Assembly: GCA_964585225.1 (NCBI GenBank)
Contig: CAZPCZ010000001.1
Span: 6,018-70,017 of the forward strand
Direction of reading: 5' to 3'
DNA: 64,000 nucleotides
Source: an uncultured Gammaproteobacteria bacterium
GTDB lineage: Bacteria > Patescibacteriota > Patescibacteriia > JACPHY01
A program made the position numbers and the translations under genes. Positions within the stretch are counted from its first letter, which is position 1. Each line of letters begins with the position of its first letter. The notes under the pieces are model-generated. The model saw only the letters and a list, made by a program, of their open reading frames with translations, made no database searches and was not told the DNA's origin. This document shows positions 28,096-37,323 of this stretch, piece after piece.

Positions 28096-28516
28096 TCACG
28101 ACACCGCTCGCGCGTCGCCGTGTCCTGGCGCGGGGATGGTGTCCCGCGCATCGTACGGCCGATCGGCGAGGGTGATGAGGATCGTCCCCGGCTCCGGGCC
28201 GAAGAACGTGTGCGGGACTCCCGCGGGACATTCGATGAGGCATAGCGCGCGGAGTTGCTCGTGTACCTGCTCCTCCGCGCCCACCCCCCACCACGAACCT
28301 CGCGAACCCACCGTGTGCGAGCATGAACCACTCCGTCGTGGTCGCATGGGCATGACGTCCGAGCGCCATGTCCGCCACGACACGATCGGTACATGTGATC
28401 TCGTTCACGCGCGCAACCGTAAAGGGCGCGGGGAGCTCGACCTCAACGATCGTCCGTCGCGCATCAATGTGGACGACGGGAAGCGGCATCACGGTACAAC
28501 GACGGTCCTGTTCCAT
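28096..28516 (-). pseudogene. cupin (FdtA/WxcM-like sugar isomerase) split by a 1-nt frameshift
   Basis: GAGGAG RBS + ATG at 28516. First frame has DARRTI and GRHAH...EWF; the cupin C-half (CPAGVPHTF...LADRPYD..D) is in the adjacent frame; the switch is at a G6 run (28284-28289). Confidence 0.75.
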
Positions 28517-28591
28517 GGTGTGCTCCTCTCCTGTTTCCCCCGTGAGCGGATGTTCCGAAACGAGCGACTCGAACAACGCGATCCGAATGCT

Positions 28592-29617
28592 TCATTGATA
28601 CACCGCAGCCGCTGAACGCGACCCCTCCGCAGGACGAAGGGCAAACGCCTTCCCCTCCGCATCCACCATCATACGCACGAGCGCACGGAACGTCGTCTGC
28701 GGTTGCCATCCGAGCTTCGCTCTCGCTTTCGATGCATCACCGACGAGATACGGGATTTCCTTCGGGCGCAGCTCGCGTGGGTCAAAGGCGATGTAGTGTT
28801 CTGGATCGAGCCCCGCGTACGTGAACGCCTCATGGATGAACTCACGAACGGAGTGCGCCTCGCCCGTTGCGATGACGTAGTCATCCGGCTCGTCCTGCTG
28901 GAGCATGAGCCACATCGCCTCGACGTACTCTCTCGCGTACCCCCAGTCGCGTTTCGCGTCGAGGTTCCCAAGGTAGAGCTTCTGCTGCACCCCCGCCTTG
29001 ATGCGATAGATCGCCTGCGTAATCTTCCGGGTGACATACGTCTCACCCCGGCGCGGGGACTCGTGATTGAAGAGGATGCCACCGCACGCGTACATGCCGT
29101 ACGCCTCACGGTAATTCACCGTCACATGGTGCGCGAACGCCTTTGCGGCACCATAGGGACTTGCGGGATGGAATGGCGTCCGTTCGGTGATGGGGAGATC
29201 GGTCGAATCGCCGAACATCTCACTGCTCGACGCTTGGTAGAATCGACAATTCAACCCGCTCTGCCTAATCGCCTCGAGCAACCGAATGGCGCCGAGCCCG
29301 GTGACGTCTCCCGTGAACTCTGGAACGTCAAAACTCACACGGACGTGCGCCTGCGCGCCGATATTGTACACCTCTTCGGGACGAATCGTTTGGATGAGTC
29401 GTTGGAGTGCATTAGAATCCGCGAGATCTGCGTAGTGCAAGAAAAATCGCGTCGTCGGCGAGTGCGGATCTGCGACAAGATGCGCGATGCGCTCCGCATT
29501 GTTCGTACTCGAACGACGAATGGTGCCATGCACCTCATACCCCTTGGCGAGCAACAGCTCCGCGAGGTAGCTTCCGTCTTGGCCAGTGACACCAGTGATA
29601 AGCGCCTTCTTTCTCAT
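28592..29617 (-). CDS. gmd: GDP-mannose 4,6-dehydratase
   Basis: [54 protein letters not shown]. Confidence 0.97.
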   Translation of the reverse strand: MRKKALITGVTGQDGSYLAELLLAKGYEVHGTIRRSSTNNAERIAHLVADPHSPTTRFFLHYADLADSNALQRLIQTIRPEEVYNIGAQAHVRVSFDVPEFTGDVTGLGAIRLLEAIRQSGLNCRFYQASSSEMFGDSTDLPITERTPFHPASPYGAAKAFAHHVTVNYREAYGMYACGGILFNHESPRRGETYVTRKITQAIYRIKAGVQQKLYLGNLDAKRDWGYAREYVEAMWLMLQQDEPDDYVIATGEAHSVREFIHEAFTYAGLDPEHYIAFDPRELRPKEIPYLVGDASKARAKLGWQPQTTFRALVRMMVDAEGKAFALRPAEGSRSAAAVYQ

Positions 29618-29699
29618 ATCCACCATCGAATCAAGGGCACCGGCGCACCGCAATACCCCCCACACCCGCAGGCGGTCCGTGCCCGGGTGTGCTCGTCAT

Positions 29700-30422
29700 T
29701 CAAAACCACGGGATGCCGACCCGGTGTCCGAGCCCGCGAACGAGCACCCATGCGTACGCTGGGCCGTCGCGCAGTAGTCGGAAATCGCCCGCACTCGATG
29801 GTTGCGGCATGGTAGGAACGTACGCGACGCGCCCGCCTCCGAGGAGCCCCTTCAGAGTGATCTCTGGACAAATTGCGTACCCATTCTGGGTTAACCCGAG
29901 CGCTTGGACGTACACGCGGTCAAACATCTTATACCCGTACGTGGAATCGGTCACGGTGTGTCCGAGGAGGAACCGCACGAGCGCGCGGTAGAGTTTCTGG
30001 TATGCACGGAACTGCCATGAGAGCGCGCGCGCATCTTCCGACCGCGTGTACCGTGTTGCCTGCGCAACGTGTGCGCCGGCGTGGAGCGCGGCGAGCATCT
30101 TCGGGAGCGCGCCAAGGTCATCCTCCGCGTAGGGGGACACGAGTGCGATGTACCGGCTCGTCGAATACGCAATGCCGAACCGTGCGAGCGCACCGAACCG
30201 TCGCGCAGCACCGAGGCGCTCGAGGAGCGTGAACTGCACCCATGGGTATCGCTCGCGCATAAAGCGGACGATCGTGTCGCGATGCGGATCCTCATCATTC
30301 GCGACGACGATCACGTCCGTATCGCTCGGGTTCGCCATGAGATACGCCGCGAGCTGATCGAGGAACGACGGGAGAACCTCCGTGGACGTCGTGCACGGGA
30401 TCACGATGGACACTTCATTCAT
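29700..30422 (-). CDS. GT2 (Dpm1-like) protein with degenerate catalytic motifs
   Basis: SIVIP, ATRY, DSTYGYKMF, EITLK match the Dpm1 family; DDGS and DxD are replaced. Confidence 0.75.
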   Translation of the reverse strand: MNEVSIVIPCTTSTEVLPSFLDQLAAYLMANPSDTDVIVVANDEDPHRDTIVRFMRERYPWVQFTLLERLGAARRFGALARFGIAYSTSRYIALVSPYAEDDLGALPKMLAALHAGAHVAQATRYTRSEDARALSWQFRAYQKLYRALVRFLLGHTVTDSTYGYKMFDRVYVQALGLTQNGYAICPEITLKGLLGGGRVAYVPTMPQPSSAGDFRLLRDGPAYAWVLVRGLGHRVGIPWF

Positions 30423-30424
30423 AG

Positions 30425-30459
30425 AAAGCCGCAAGCCGACAGCTGCAAGCTTCAAGCAG
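30425..30459. repeat. degenerate heptamer array (nnAGCyG)x5 immediately upstream of the GT2 start
   Basis: AAAGCCG CAAGCCG ACAGCTG CAAGCTT CAAGCAG; same family as 20176-20210. Confidence 0.72.
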
Positions 30460-30470
30460 CGGCGGGATCT

Positions 30471-31460
30471 TCATACGCGCGCTCCGGTCTGCACGCGGCC
30501 GAATGGCATCTCGTATTCCTGGAGGAGTGGTTTCAAGTACAGGTAATTCGAGAATCGAGTGACAAATGAATTCTTGATCCGTCCCTCCTCGAGGAGCGCC
30601 TTGAGCTCGATGATGCCGTCCTCGATGCGGCGCTCCGGACGAAACCCGAGATCGCGCTGCGCCTTCGCGCTCGTTGTGCGGTAGTTGCGGTTGTCCTGCG
30701 TCATCACCGACGATCGCTCGACGACCGCATGGGGGAAGTGGTGATGGATGCGATCCGCGAGATCGTGGATGGTGCAGTTCTCCGCATGCGCGTTGTATGT
30801 ACCCGCGGATGGTGTCGTAAGCTCCTGCGCGATGAGCTGCGCGATGTCCTTCACGTGGACGAACGGCCGGAACTGCTGCCCACCGAACACGCTCATCTTC
30901 CTATGGAGCGCGGCGCGCATCGTGAGCGTGTTCACGACGAGGTCGAACCGAATCCGCGCGTGTGTATCGCCGACGCCGTAGAGCGTCCCCAGCCGGAATT
31001 GGAGCACGTTCGGACGACGCGCGAGGAGCTCCTCGCCCCAAATCTTCGTCTTCGCGTAGAGCGAGAGCGGATGGAGCGGCGACCCCTCGTGGAGCTCATC
31101 ATCACGCTCCGTCGCGCCGTACACGGAACATGACGACATCACCAAGAGCTTGCCGTGGGAGTGCTCCGCGGCGTACCGCAGCGCATGGACGTTCACATCC
31201 ATCGTGAGCCGTTCGTTGAGCGCGCACGCGGGATCGCCGACGAGCGCCGCGAGCCAGACCACTGCATCCGCCCAGTCAAGGTGCGGCTGGAGTTGCGCGT
31301 AGTCGCGAACATCTCCGTACACGAACGGCACATCCTTGCGGTATGACTCCTCGTAGAGCAGCACGTCGTAGACGCGCACCTCGTGATCGCTCGTCCGGAG
31401 TACATCCGTCAGCGCCCCGCCGAGGTATCCCGCGCCGCCGGTGATGAGGACGCGTGCCAT
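30471..31460 (-). CDS. NAD-dependent NDP-sugar epimerase/dehydratase, paralogue of 4070..5110
   Basis: ITGGAGYLG, SSCSVYG, YAKTK, RFDLVVN. Confidence 0.92.
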   Translation of the reverse strand: MARVLITGGAGYLGGALTDVLRTSDHEVRVYDVLLYEESYRKDVPFVYGDVRDYAQLQPHLDWADAVVWLAALVGDPACALNERLTMDVNVHALRYAAEHSHGKLLVMSSCSVYGATERDDELHEGSPLHPLSLYAKTKIWGEELLARRPNVLQFRLGTLYGVGDTHARIRFDLVVNTLTMRAALHRKMSVFGGQQFRPFVHVKDIAQLIAQELTTPSAGTYNAHAENCTIHDLADRIHHHFPHAVVERSSVMTQDNRNYRTTSAKAQRDLGFRPERRIEDGIIELKALLEEGRIKNSFVTRFSNYLYLKPLLQEYEMPFGRVQTGARV

Positions 31461-31461
31461 A

Positions 31462-33195
31462 CTACGTCGACGCACGGACAACCTCTCCATCATTCGCAAC
31501 GCGCGCCGCAGCGTACGTCAGCGCGAGCGCACTCCAAAACCACGGGTGGACCCAAAGGTACACGGTCTGGTGGTAGAGGACGAGCGCCAGGAAGAGCGGG
31601 AAGAGCACGACGATGGGAAGGACCACGCGACTACGCCGCGTCCTCCAAAGCGCAGCGAGTCCACGAACCATCACCACCACGAGGAGTCCGGCAATCGCAA
31701 TGAGGCCGAGCGCGCCGGTCTCGGCCCACGCGTTCATAAAGATATTGAAGATGCCCTTATCCATGTCTCCAGCCGGAACCTCTTCGTCGACGAAAATACG
31801 AGCTTTCAAGTGACGAGCCGCTGCAGCGCTCTGCGCCTCGCGCCGAACCTGTTCAGCAAATGTATCGAATATCCGCTTATCTTTCAGCTGCCCCGCACCG
31901 ATACCGGTCAACGGATACGTTCGGCCCACCACCCACCCGACGGCGATGCCGCGCCTCCGTATACTGAACGAACTCTCGACGCGTGATGGCACCCAATTCA
32001 GCCGCGCGAGGTTCTGATTGGTGTAGAACGGATCCACTGGTGGAACCGTCGGGGGAGGGGGAGGTGGAACCGTCGGGGGAGGGGGAGGGGGCGATGCAGA
32101 AGATATCGTCACCGGAACGCGCTCCGAAGTCGCGCGGGCGGTCGACGGTGATGCCGCTTCGGGAACAAACGCGCGCAGGAATGATGCGAGGGCCACCACA
32201 CGATCCTCCTGCGCAACGAGGCCCGCAGCGATCGCGTCTCCGGTCACTGGAGATGGAGGACGATCGGCAACTGTGAGGGCGTATGTGGTGCGCCACGACA
32301 GCAACGTACGCGCGGTGTTCTGAATCTCAATGAGATTGTACCGATACCAGGAGACGACGAAGAACATGCCGAGGAGGAGCACCGCCCTCCATCGTTGCGT
32401 ACGAATCGTCGTGAGCATGAGAAGGCAGAGGAATGTGAGCAGCACGATCTGTCCAACTTTCACGAATGCAAAGAACACGAGCTGGGTCCAGAGCGCGAGG
32501 ATGACGAACAGCACAATACTCACCCACCGATGACGTTGCTCCCGCACGAAGAGGTACACGAGTCCAGCGCCAAAAAAAATGAGGGCGTAAGCAAGGACGT
32601 GCACGGTGGACCTCCCGATGAACTCGGTTATCTCGAGTAACCAGGACTGTCCGGGAGACGCATAACTATGGGAAAGGAACTTCGAGTACGTCACTGTAAT
32701 GATCGCGAGGCACGAGATCCCCATTGCGCTCAATACCGAACGGATGAGCCGATCCGACCGAAGGACGTTCACGAGGAGGAAGACGAGGAAGCTGTACCGC
32801 GCAACGGCGATGCCGACTTGGAGCAGCAACGCACGATCGCTCGCGATGGGGAATGCGATGAACTGCGCGACGGCGTTCAGGAGGAGCAGCGCGTAGAGGA
32901 TGGGGGCGTGGATGATGCGAAGACGGCGCGTCGCGAGCGCATGCATCGTGAAGAGGATCACGAGGAGCAACGCGAGCTCGGTATATTTCACCGACGTTCC
33001 GAATACCGGCAACCGTCCCGGGAGCGGGATGCCGAACGCATTGAACGGGAGCAGTACGAAGTATACAAGGGTGCTCACGTGCAGCCAGCGATACTCGCGA
33101 TCATTGAACACCTCCTGAATATCATGGAACACCATCGCCCCCGCGCGATGGACGCTCTCCCATACGATTCCAATGATTCGTTGCGGGGCAGTCAT
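31462..33195 (-). CDS. O-antigen ligase / oligosaccharyltransferase-like (Wzy_C) membrane protein
   Basis: Polytopic; late-loop S..IR, PLTGIGAG, NIFMNAWAETGALG as in WaaL/PglL; Pro-rich insert. Confidence 0.72.
   Translation of the reverse strand: MTAPQRIIGIVWESVHRAGAMVFHDIQEVFNDREYRWLHVSTLVYFVLLPFNAFGIPLPGRLPVFGTSVKYTELALLLVILFTMHALATRRLRIIHAPILYALLLLNAVAQFIAFPIASDRALLLQVGIAVARYSFLVFLLVNVLRSDRLIRSVLSAMGISCLAIITVTYSKFLSHSYASPGQSWLLEITEFIGRSTVHVLAYALIFFGAGLVYLFVREQRHRWVSIVLFVILALWTQLVFFAFVKVGQIVLLTFLCLLMLTTIRTQRWRAVLLLGMFFVVSWYRYNLIEIQNTARTLLSWRTTYALTVADRPPSPVTGDAIAAGLVAQEDRVVALASFLRAFVPEAASPSTARATSERVPVTISSASPPPPPPTVPPPPPPTVPPVDPFYTNQNLARLNWVPSRVESSFSIRRRGIAVGWVVGRTYPLTGIGAGQLKDKRIFDTFAEQVRREAQSAAAARHLKARIFVDEEVPAGDMDKGIFNIFMNAWAETGALGLIAIAGLLVVVMVRGLAALWRTRRSRVVLPIVVLFPLFLALVLYHQTVYLWVHPWFWSALALTYAAARVANDGEVVRAST
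32039..32086. repeat. exact 24-bp tandem duplication encoding a Pro-rich linker
   Basis: GGTGGAACCGTCGGGGGAGGGGGA x2; protein reads PPPPPPTVPPPPPPTVPP. Confidence 0.92.
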
Positions 33196-35516
33196 ACGCC
33201 TTCCGATGCCATCATCGTCGTGTAGAGCGTCGCGTACCGCGCGGTGACTCGATCGGCACCGTACTCCTGGACCACCCGCTCTCGCGTGTGCAGTCCCATT
33301 GTTTGCGTCCCAGCATCTCCTACGGTGATCGCTGCAATGGCGCGTGCGAAACCCCCGACATCATCAGGATCAACCAGGATACCCTCGACGTCTGGCCGGA
33401 TGAGCGCACGCACCGGTGGGATGTTCGACCCAATGATCGGGAGCCCGCATCCCATTGCCTCGAGAACCGCGTTCGGCATCCCCTCGGATCGTGACGCAAT
33501 CACGAAGACATCCGCGGCGTGGTAGTACGGGAGGACATCCTCCACGACACCGGTGAATCGTACGCGCCGCGCAACGCCACGCTGCACGCGGTACCGCTCC
33601 AGCGCAACTCGCTCCGGACCGTCTCCGACAAGGAGGAGCACGACGTCCTCCGACAGCATTGCGATGGCATCAATGAGCGTCGTGAGGTTCTTCTGTGCGT
33701 GGAGACGGCCAACGGAGAGGACGAGGCGCGACGTCGCATGATCACTCCCGAGGACCGCTCGCCGTGCACGATCCCGTTCTGTCGCACTCGGTGGTGCAAA
33801 GCGGTCCGTGCGGACGCTGTTCGGGATGTGTGCGATCGGCGCGCATCCCACTGCGCGCATCTCCGCAGCCGTCTCATCGCTGACACCAACGAACTGATCA
33901 ATGCCGTGCCGGAGGAGCGTCACGCCACGCCTCCCGAATTGCCGATGGAGCTCCCCCACATCACCGTACAGTCCGCTACACGCGTTCTTCGCGATCACGC
34001 GCTTGCTCGGCAGCAGGTGACGCGCAATGCTCGCGACGAGGCCCGATGTCTGGAGCTGGTGTGCGTGGATGACATCGTACCGCTTCCGAAGGACGAGGAG
34101 AAGCGCGACCGCCCCAATGAGATATGCCGCCGCATTCCAACGACGCCACCCGCGAATGAAGGGAATGCGGTACATGCGAAACCCCCACCGCGTTCCGATG
34201 AACGGAAGCCGCTCCTGACGCATGGTGTCCGTACGAACGCTCGTGATAAAGAAGCTCCGGTACCCCATCGTACGGAGTCGCTCCGCGAGTTGGAGCGCTT
34301 GCCGCTCCATGCCTCCGAGCGAATCGAGGAACGTGAGGAGGTGAACGATGCGCGGACGCATGAGCTGCGTGGAGAGTGACGCACACTGCTCCACGACGCG
34401 CTCGATCACGTACTGCTCCGCGACGAGCATCCGCGCACGCTCCCCCATCCGCCTTCGTTCATCCGGATGCGCGAGGAACCACTGGAGTCCCGCGGCGATC
34501 GCATCCGGTGACTGGGGATCCACGAGGATGCCGGTTCCACCGCGCAGGAACGGCTGACCTGCCTCGCGCACGGCGTCCGGAACGAGATCGGGATTCCCAC
34601 CCGCATCACTCAAGAGGAGCGCGCAGCCGTTCGCCATCGCCTCGAGTGCGGCGTTCGAGAGGCCCTCGGTGCGCGAGGGGAGGACGAAGAGGTCTGCTTC
34701 CGCGAGTGCCGGCGCAGTATCCGCAACCGCTCCGTGGAACGTCACACGATTGGCAATGCCGAGATCCGCGACGCGCCGCTCGAGTTCCGCACGCTCCGGG
34801 CCGTCACCGACGATCGCGAGTGTGATGCATGCACGCTCCGCCGACGTGAGGCGCGCCATCGCCCCGAGGAGCGCCGCGACGTTCTTCTTCGGTGTGAGGG
34901 TTCCGACGAACGCCGCGCGGAGCTCCGTCGAGGTCGAACGAGTTGATTGATCTATGGGAAGCTCGACGCCGTTCGGAATGTCCGTGATCCGCTCTGCGGG
35001 AACACCAACGCGGAGGAGATCGCGGTGCACTGCACGGCTCGTCGCGACGAACCGATCGACGTGACGGAGGAGGAAGCGGCGTGCGAACGCGCCGTACCAG
35101 TGCGTCTGCTGGAGGACGTCGAGGTCAAACCGCTCGCCGCTGTTCCCGATCTTCACCATGATCGGCTTCCCTCGCCACCGCACGGCGACACCTGCTACGA
35201 ACGCGGGCCAGAGTGCCTGGTGCGCATGGATGACGTCGAACGACCTCGCCCGTCTCCACACGCGCCAACCGAGGAGGACGGGCGCGAGGAACCCGAATCC
35301 CATGCGCACGCGACCGATGCGCGCGATGGGGTACGCGACACGCTCCACGGTGACACCGCCGTACGCCTCATGGGTCGCCACACCACGCTCCGGACGCACG
35401 GTGAGTACGGTGACGGCATCCCCGCGCGCGGTGAGCGCGCGGGCGAGGAGCTCGCACTGCCGTTCCGCTCCACCGATCGTGGGACGGAACTGCCCGATGA
35501 CCATAAGGATCTTCAT
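33192..35516 (-). CDS. tandem GT4-GT4 glycosyltransferase fusion
   Basis: Two full GT-B units: GGAERQ...PSRTEGLSNAALEAMA and GGMERQ...SRSEGMPNAVLEAMG. Confidence 0.93.
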   Translation of the reverse strand: MKILMVIGQFRPTIGGAERQCELLARALTARGDAVTVLTVRPERGVATHEAYGGVTVERVAYPIARIGRVRMGFGFLAPVLLGWRVWRRARSFDVIHAHQALWPAFVAGVAVRWRGKPIMVKIGNSGERFDLDVLQQTHWYGAFARRFLLRHVDRFVATSRAVHRDLLRVGVPAERITDIPNGVELPIDQSTRSTSTELRAAFVGTLTPKKNVAALLGAMARLTSAERACITLAIVGDGPERAELERRVADLGIANRVTFHGAVADTAPALAEADLFVLPSRTEGLSNAALEAMANGCALLLSDAGGNPDLVPDAVREAGQPFLRGGTGILVDPQSPDAIAAGLQWFLAHPDERRRMGERARMLVAEQYVIERVVEQCASLSTQLMRPRIVHLLTFLDSLGGMERQALQLAERLRTMGYRSFFITSVRTDTMRQERLPFIGTRWGFRMYRIPFIRGWRRWNAAAYLIGAVALLLVLRKRYDVIHAHQLQTSGLVASIARHLLPSKRVIAKNACSGLYGDVGELHRQFGRRGVTLLRHGIDQFVGVSDETAAEMRAVGCAPIAHIPNSVRTDRFAPPSATERDRARRAVLGSDHATSRLVLSVGRLHAQKNLTTLIDAIAMLSEDVVLLLVGDGPERVALERYRVQRGVARRVRFTGVVEDVLPYYHAADVFVIASRSEGMPNAVLEAMGCGLPIIGSNIPPVRALIRPDVEGILVDPDDVGGFARAIAAITVGDAGTQTMGLHTRERVVQEYGADRVTARYATLYTTMMASEGV

Positions 35517-36487
35517 GCACGATCGAGGAGTACGGTCCGCACTCCGCCGAGGTCGCAGATGACGCGCTCCGCATCTTCAGCGCGGACCTCTCGATACAGG
35601 CCGCGGGTTGCTCCGTCGGTACGTATGGTCTGCTCGGGTTTGTACCCGAGGGCGTGGAGTGACGTCTTGCGCTCATCTGATGATGCGAGTACTGCCGCGT
35701 GGTACCCCAGCGCGAACAGTGCACGGAGCTGCGTGCGCATGGAGTGCGCCGCGTCGTCGTACGCACGGAAGTGCGTCTCGAAGAGGATCATGCCGCAGAA
35801 TGCATCGGCGCGGACGGCCCGCACGATGCCCTCGAAGACCTCCACCTCATGCCCCTCGATATCCATGCGGACGAGATCCACCGGTCGCTTGTCGGAGAGG
35901 AACGTGCGAACATCGAACGTAGGGACCTCAATGGTGCGGCCGCTCATGCGGGCAACGGTCGTCCCGGTACGATGGGACGTGGGGTGGAGCGTGTGGACGT
36001 TCGAAAGCTCGGAGAGATGGAACGTCGCGGTCCCATCGCGGTTCGAGATGGCGCACGCCTCGATCGCGACGCGATCGGCGATGCTGTTCAATGCAACGTT
36101 CCGACGGAGGAACGTGATGTTCTCCGGTGCGGGCTCACATGCGTACACGAACCCGGTCGAACCCATGAGACGGGCCTCCATGACCACGTAGTACCCGATA
36201 TTCGCTCCGCAATCCCAGACCACCATGCCTGGTCGGAGGACGCGCTGGAGGATCCACCGGTGCTCGAGTTCGCGCTTACCGAAAATTGCGAGCGTCTTTG
36301 CAATGCCGGGATCCGCGAGATCGAGATCGAGCTCGAAATCGAAGACCCGCCGTCGAAGCACGGGCTGCTGACGAACGTATCGCGTCCAGAGGTACTGAAC
36401 AGCGTTCGCGGTATGACGGGGTCCCTCGGAGAGCTTGAAGTCCGTCCAGAGCGCTGTCACCGATCGAAGGTGCATAGGGGAAATCAC
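35513..36487 (-). CDS. FkbM family methyltransferase
   Basis: WDCGANIGYY, ACEP, RMDIEGHE. Confidence 0.92.
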   Translation of the reverse strand: MISPMHLRSVTALWTDFKLSEGPRHTANAVQYLWTRYVRQQPVLRRRVFDFELDLDLADPGIAKTLAIFGKRELEHRWILQRVLRPGMVVWDCGANIGYYVVMEARLMGSTGFVYACEPAPENITFLRRNVALNSIADRVAIEACAISNRDGTATFHLSELSNVHTLHPTSHRTGTTVARMSGRTIEVPTFDVRTFLSDKRPVDLVRMDIEGHEVEVFEGIVRAVRADAFCGMILFETHFRAYDDAAHSMRTQLRALFALGYHAAVLASSDERKTSLHALGYKPEQTIRTDGATRGLYREVRAEDAERVICDLGGVRTVLLDRA

Positions 36488-37323
36488 GATACTCGCGGGT
36501 GGAGGACCACCTCATCCTGTCCGAGCGACGCGACCGCGCGACCCGCAGGATCGCGGACATCATAGCCGAGCGCATCAATCTCCGCGGCGAGCACCTCGAC
36601 GGAATCGCCGAGGAGCGGGAGGTGCTTCGGGTGTACACTCAAAAAAATACGGGGACGCGCACGCATGAACGTGGCACGACCGCCGCGGAACACACGGAGC
36701 TCCGCACCCTCGACATCAATCTTGATGACGTCAGGGGTGATGCCGCGCGCGGCGCAGAACGCATCGAGCGTCACCTGCGGCCGCGTGGTCGCATGGTAGC
36801 GATCCGCGTTCGTACGCACCGCCCGTGCGTTCATGCCGACCACGTCCTGCTGTTCATAGAACTCCACTGCATCCGCATCGCACTCACCCACCAACGTGGG
36901 TACCACCGTGATGTTTGCACAGCCATTCAGCGCGGCATGTCGTTCCAACGCCGCGCGATTTGCAGCGGCGGGCTCGAAGGCGTAGCAGTGACCACCGGGA
37001 GCGAGCACGCGACTCGCAGGGAGCGCGTAGAGTCCGATGTGCGCGCCGATGTCGAAGACGACGTGCGCATCGCGGCACGCCGCGACCCACGCAGCGAACC
37101 CGGCATTCTTCCCGCTCCCCCACGCGGCGTAATCGAGCGACCCCACCGCGAGCTCGGGAACGATACGGAATGTTCCAGATGTTCCGATGCGCACCGGCAC
37201 GCCGCGTGGGTACGCGCGCGCGAGCGCCCACCTGACGGCAGCGCGCGCCGCTCGGATTGGCGCAGCGTCCGGCGGGAGATACCGGCGACGGATTGTTTGG
37301 GCGAGGTGAACTGCGGGAATCAT
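36484..37323 (-). CDS. FkbM family methyltransferase
   Basis: FDIGAHIG, AFEP, KIDVEGAE. Confidence 0.92.
   Translation of the reverse strand: MIPAVHLAQTIRRRYLPPDAAPIRAARAAVRWALARAYPRGVPVRIGTSGTFRIVPELAVGSLDYAAWGSGKNAGFAAWVAACRDAHVVFDIGAHIGLYALPASRVLAPGGHCYAFEPAAANRAALERHAALNGCANITVVPTLVGECDADAVEFYEQQDVVGMNARAVRTNADRYHATTRPQVTLDAFCAARGITPDVIKIDVEGAELRVFRGGRATFMRARPRIFLSVHPKHLPLLGDSVEVLAAEIDALGYDVRDPAGRAVASLGQDEVVLHPRVS

Noticed and set aside
27986-28576. 196-aa ORF as an intact gene
   Set aside because: After the G6 run it becomes low-complexity and reads through the terminator; the cupin C-terminus is in the neighbouring frame.
24852-28615. Long + strand ORFs (797 aa, 566 aa), and similar ones at 7178, 36499, 51394 and 58096
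   Set aside because: They lie antisense to genes with clear family motifs, have biased Arg/Ala/Ser/His-rich composition and no motifs. They are shadow ORFs from high-GC codon usage.
3437-32086. Repeats as a CRISPR array or DGR template/variable pair
   Set aside because: No regular repeat-spacer periodicity, no cas or reverse transcriptase gene, and no long repeat pair with adenine-specific mismatches.
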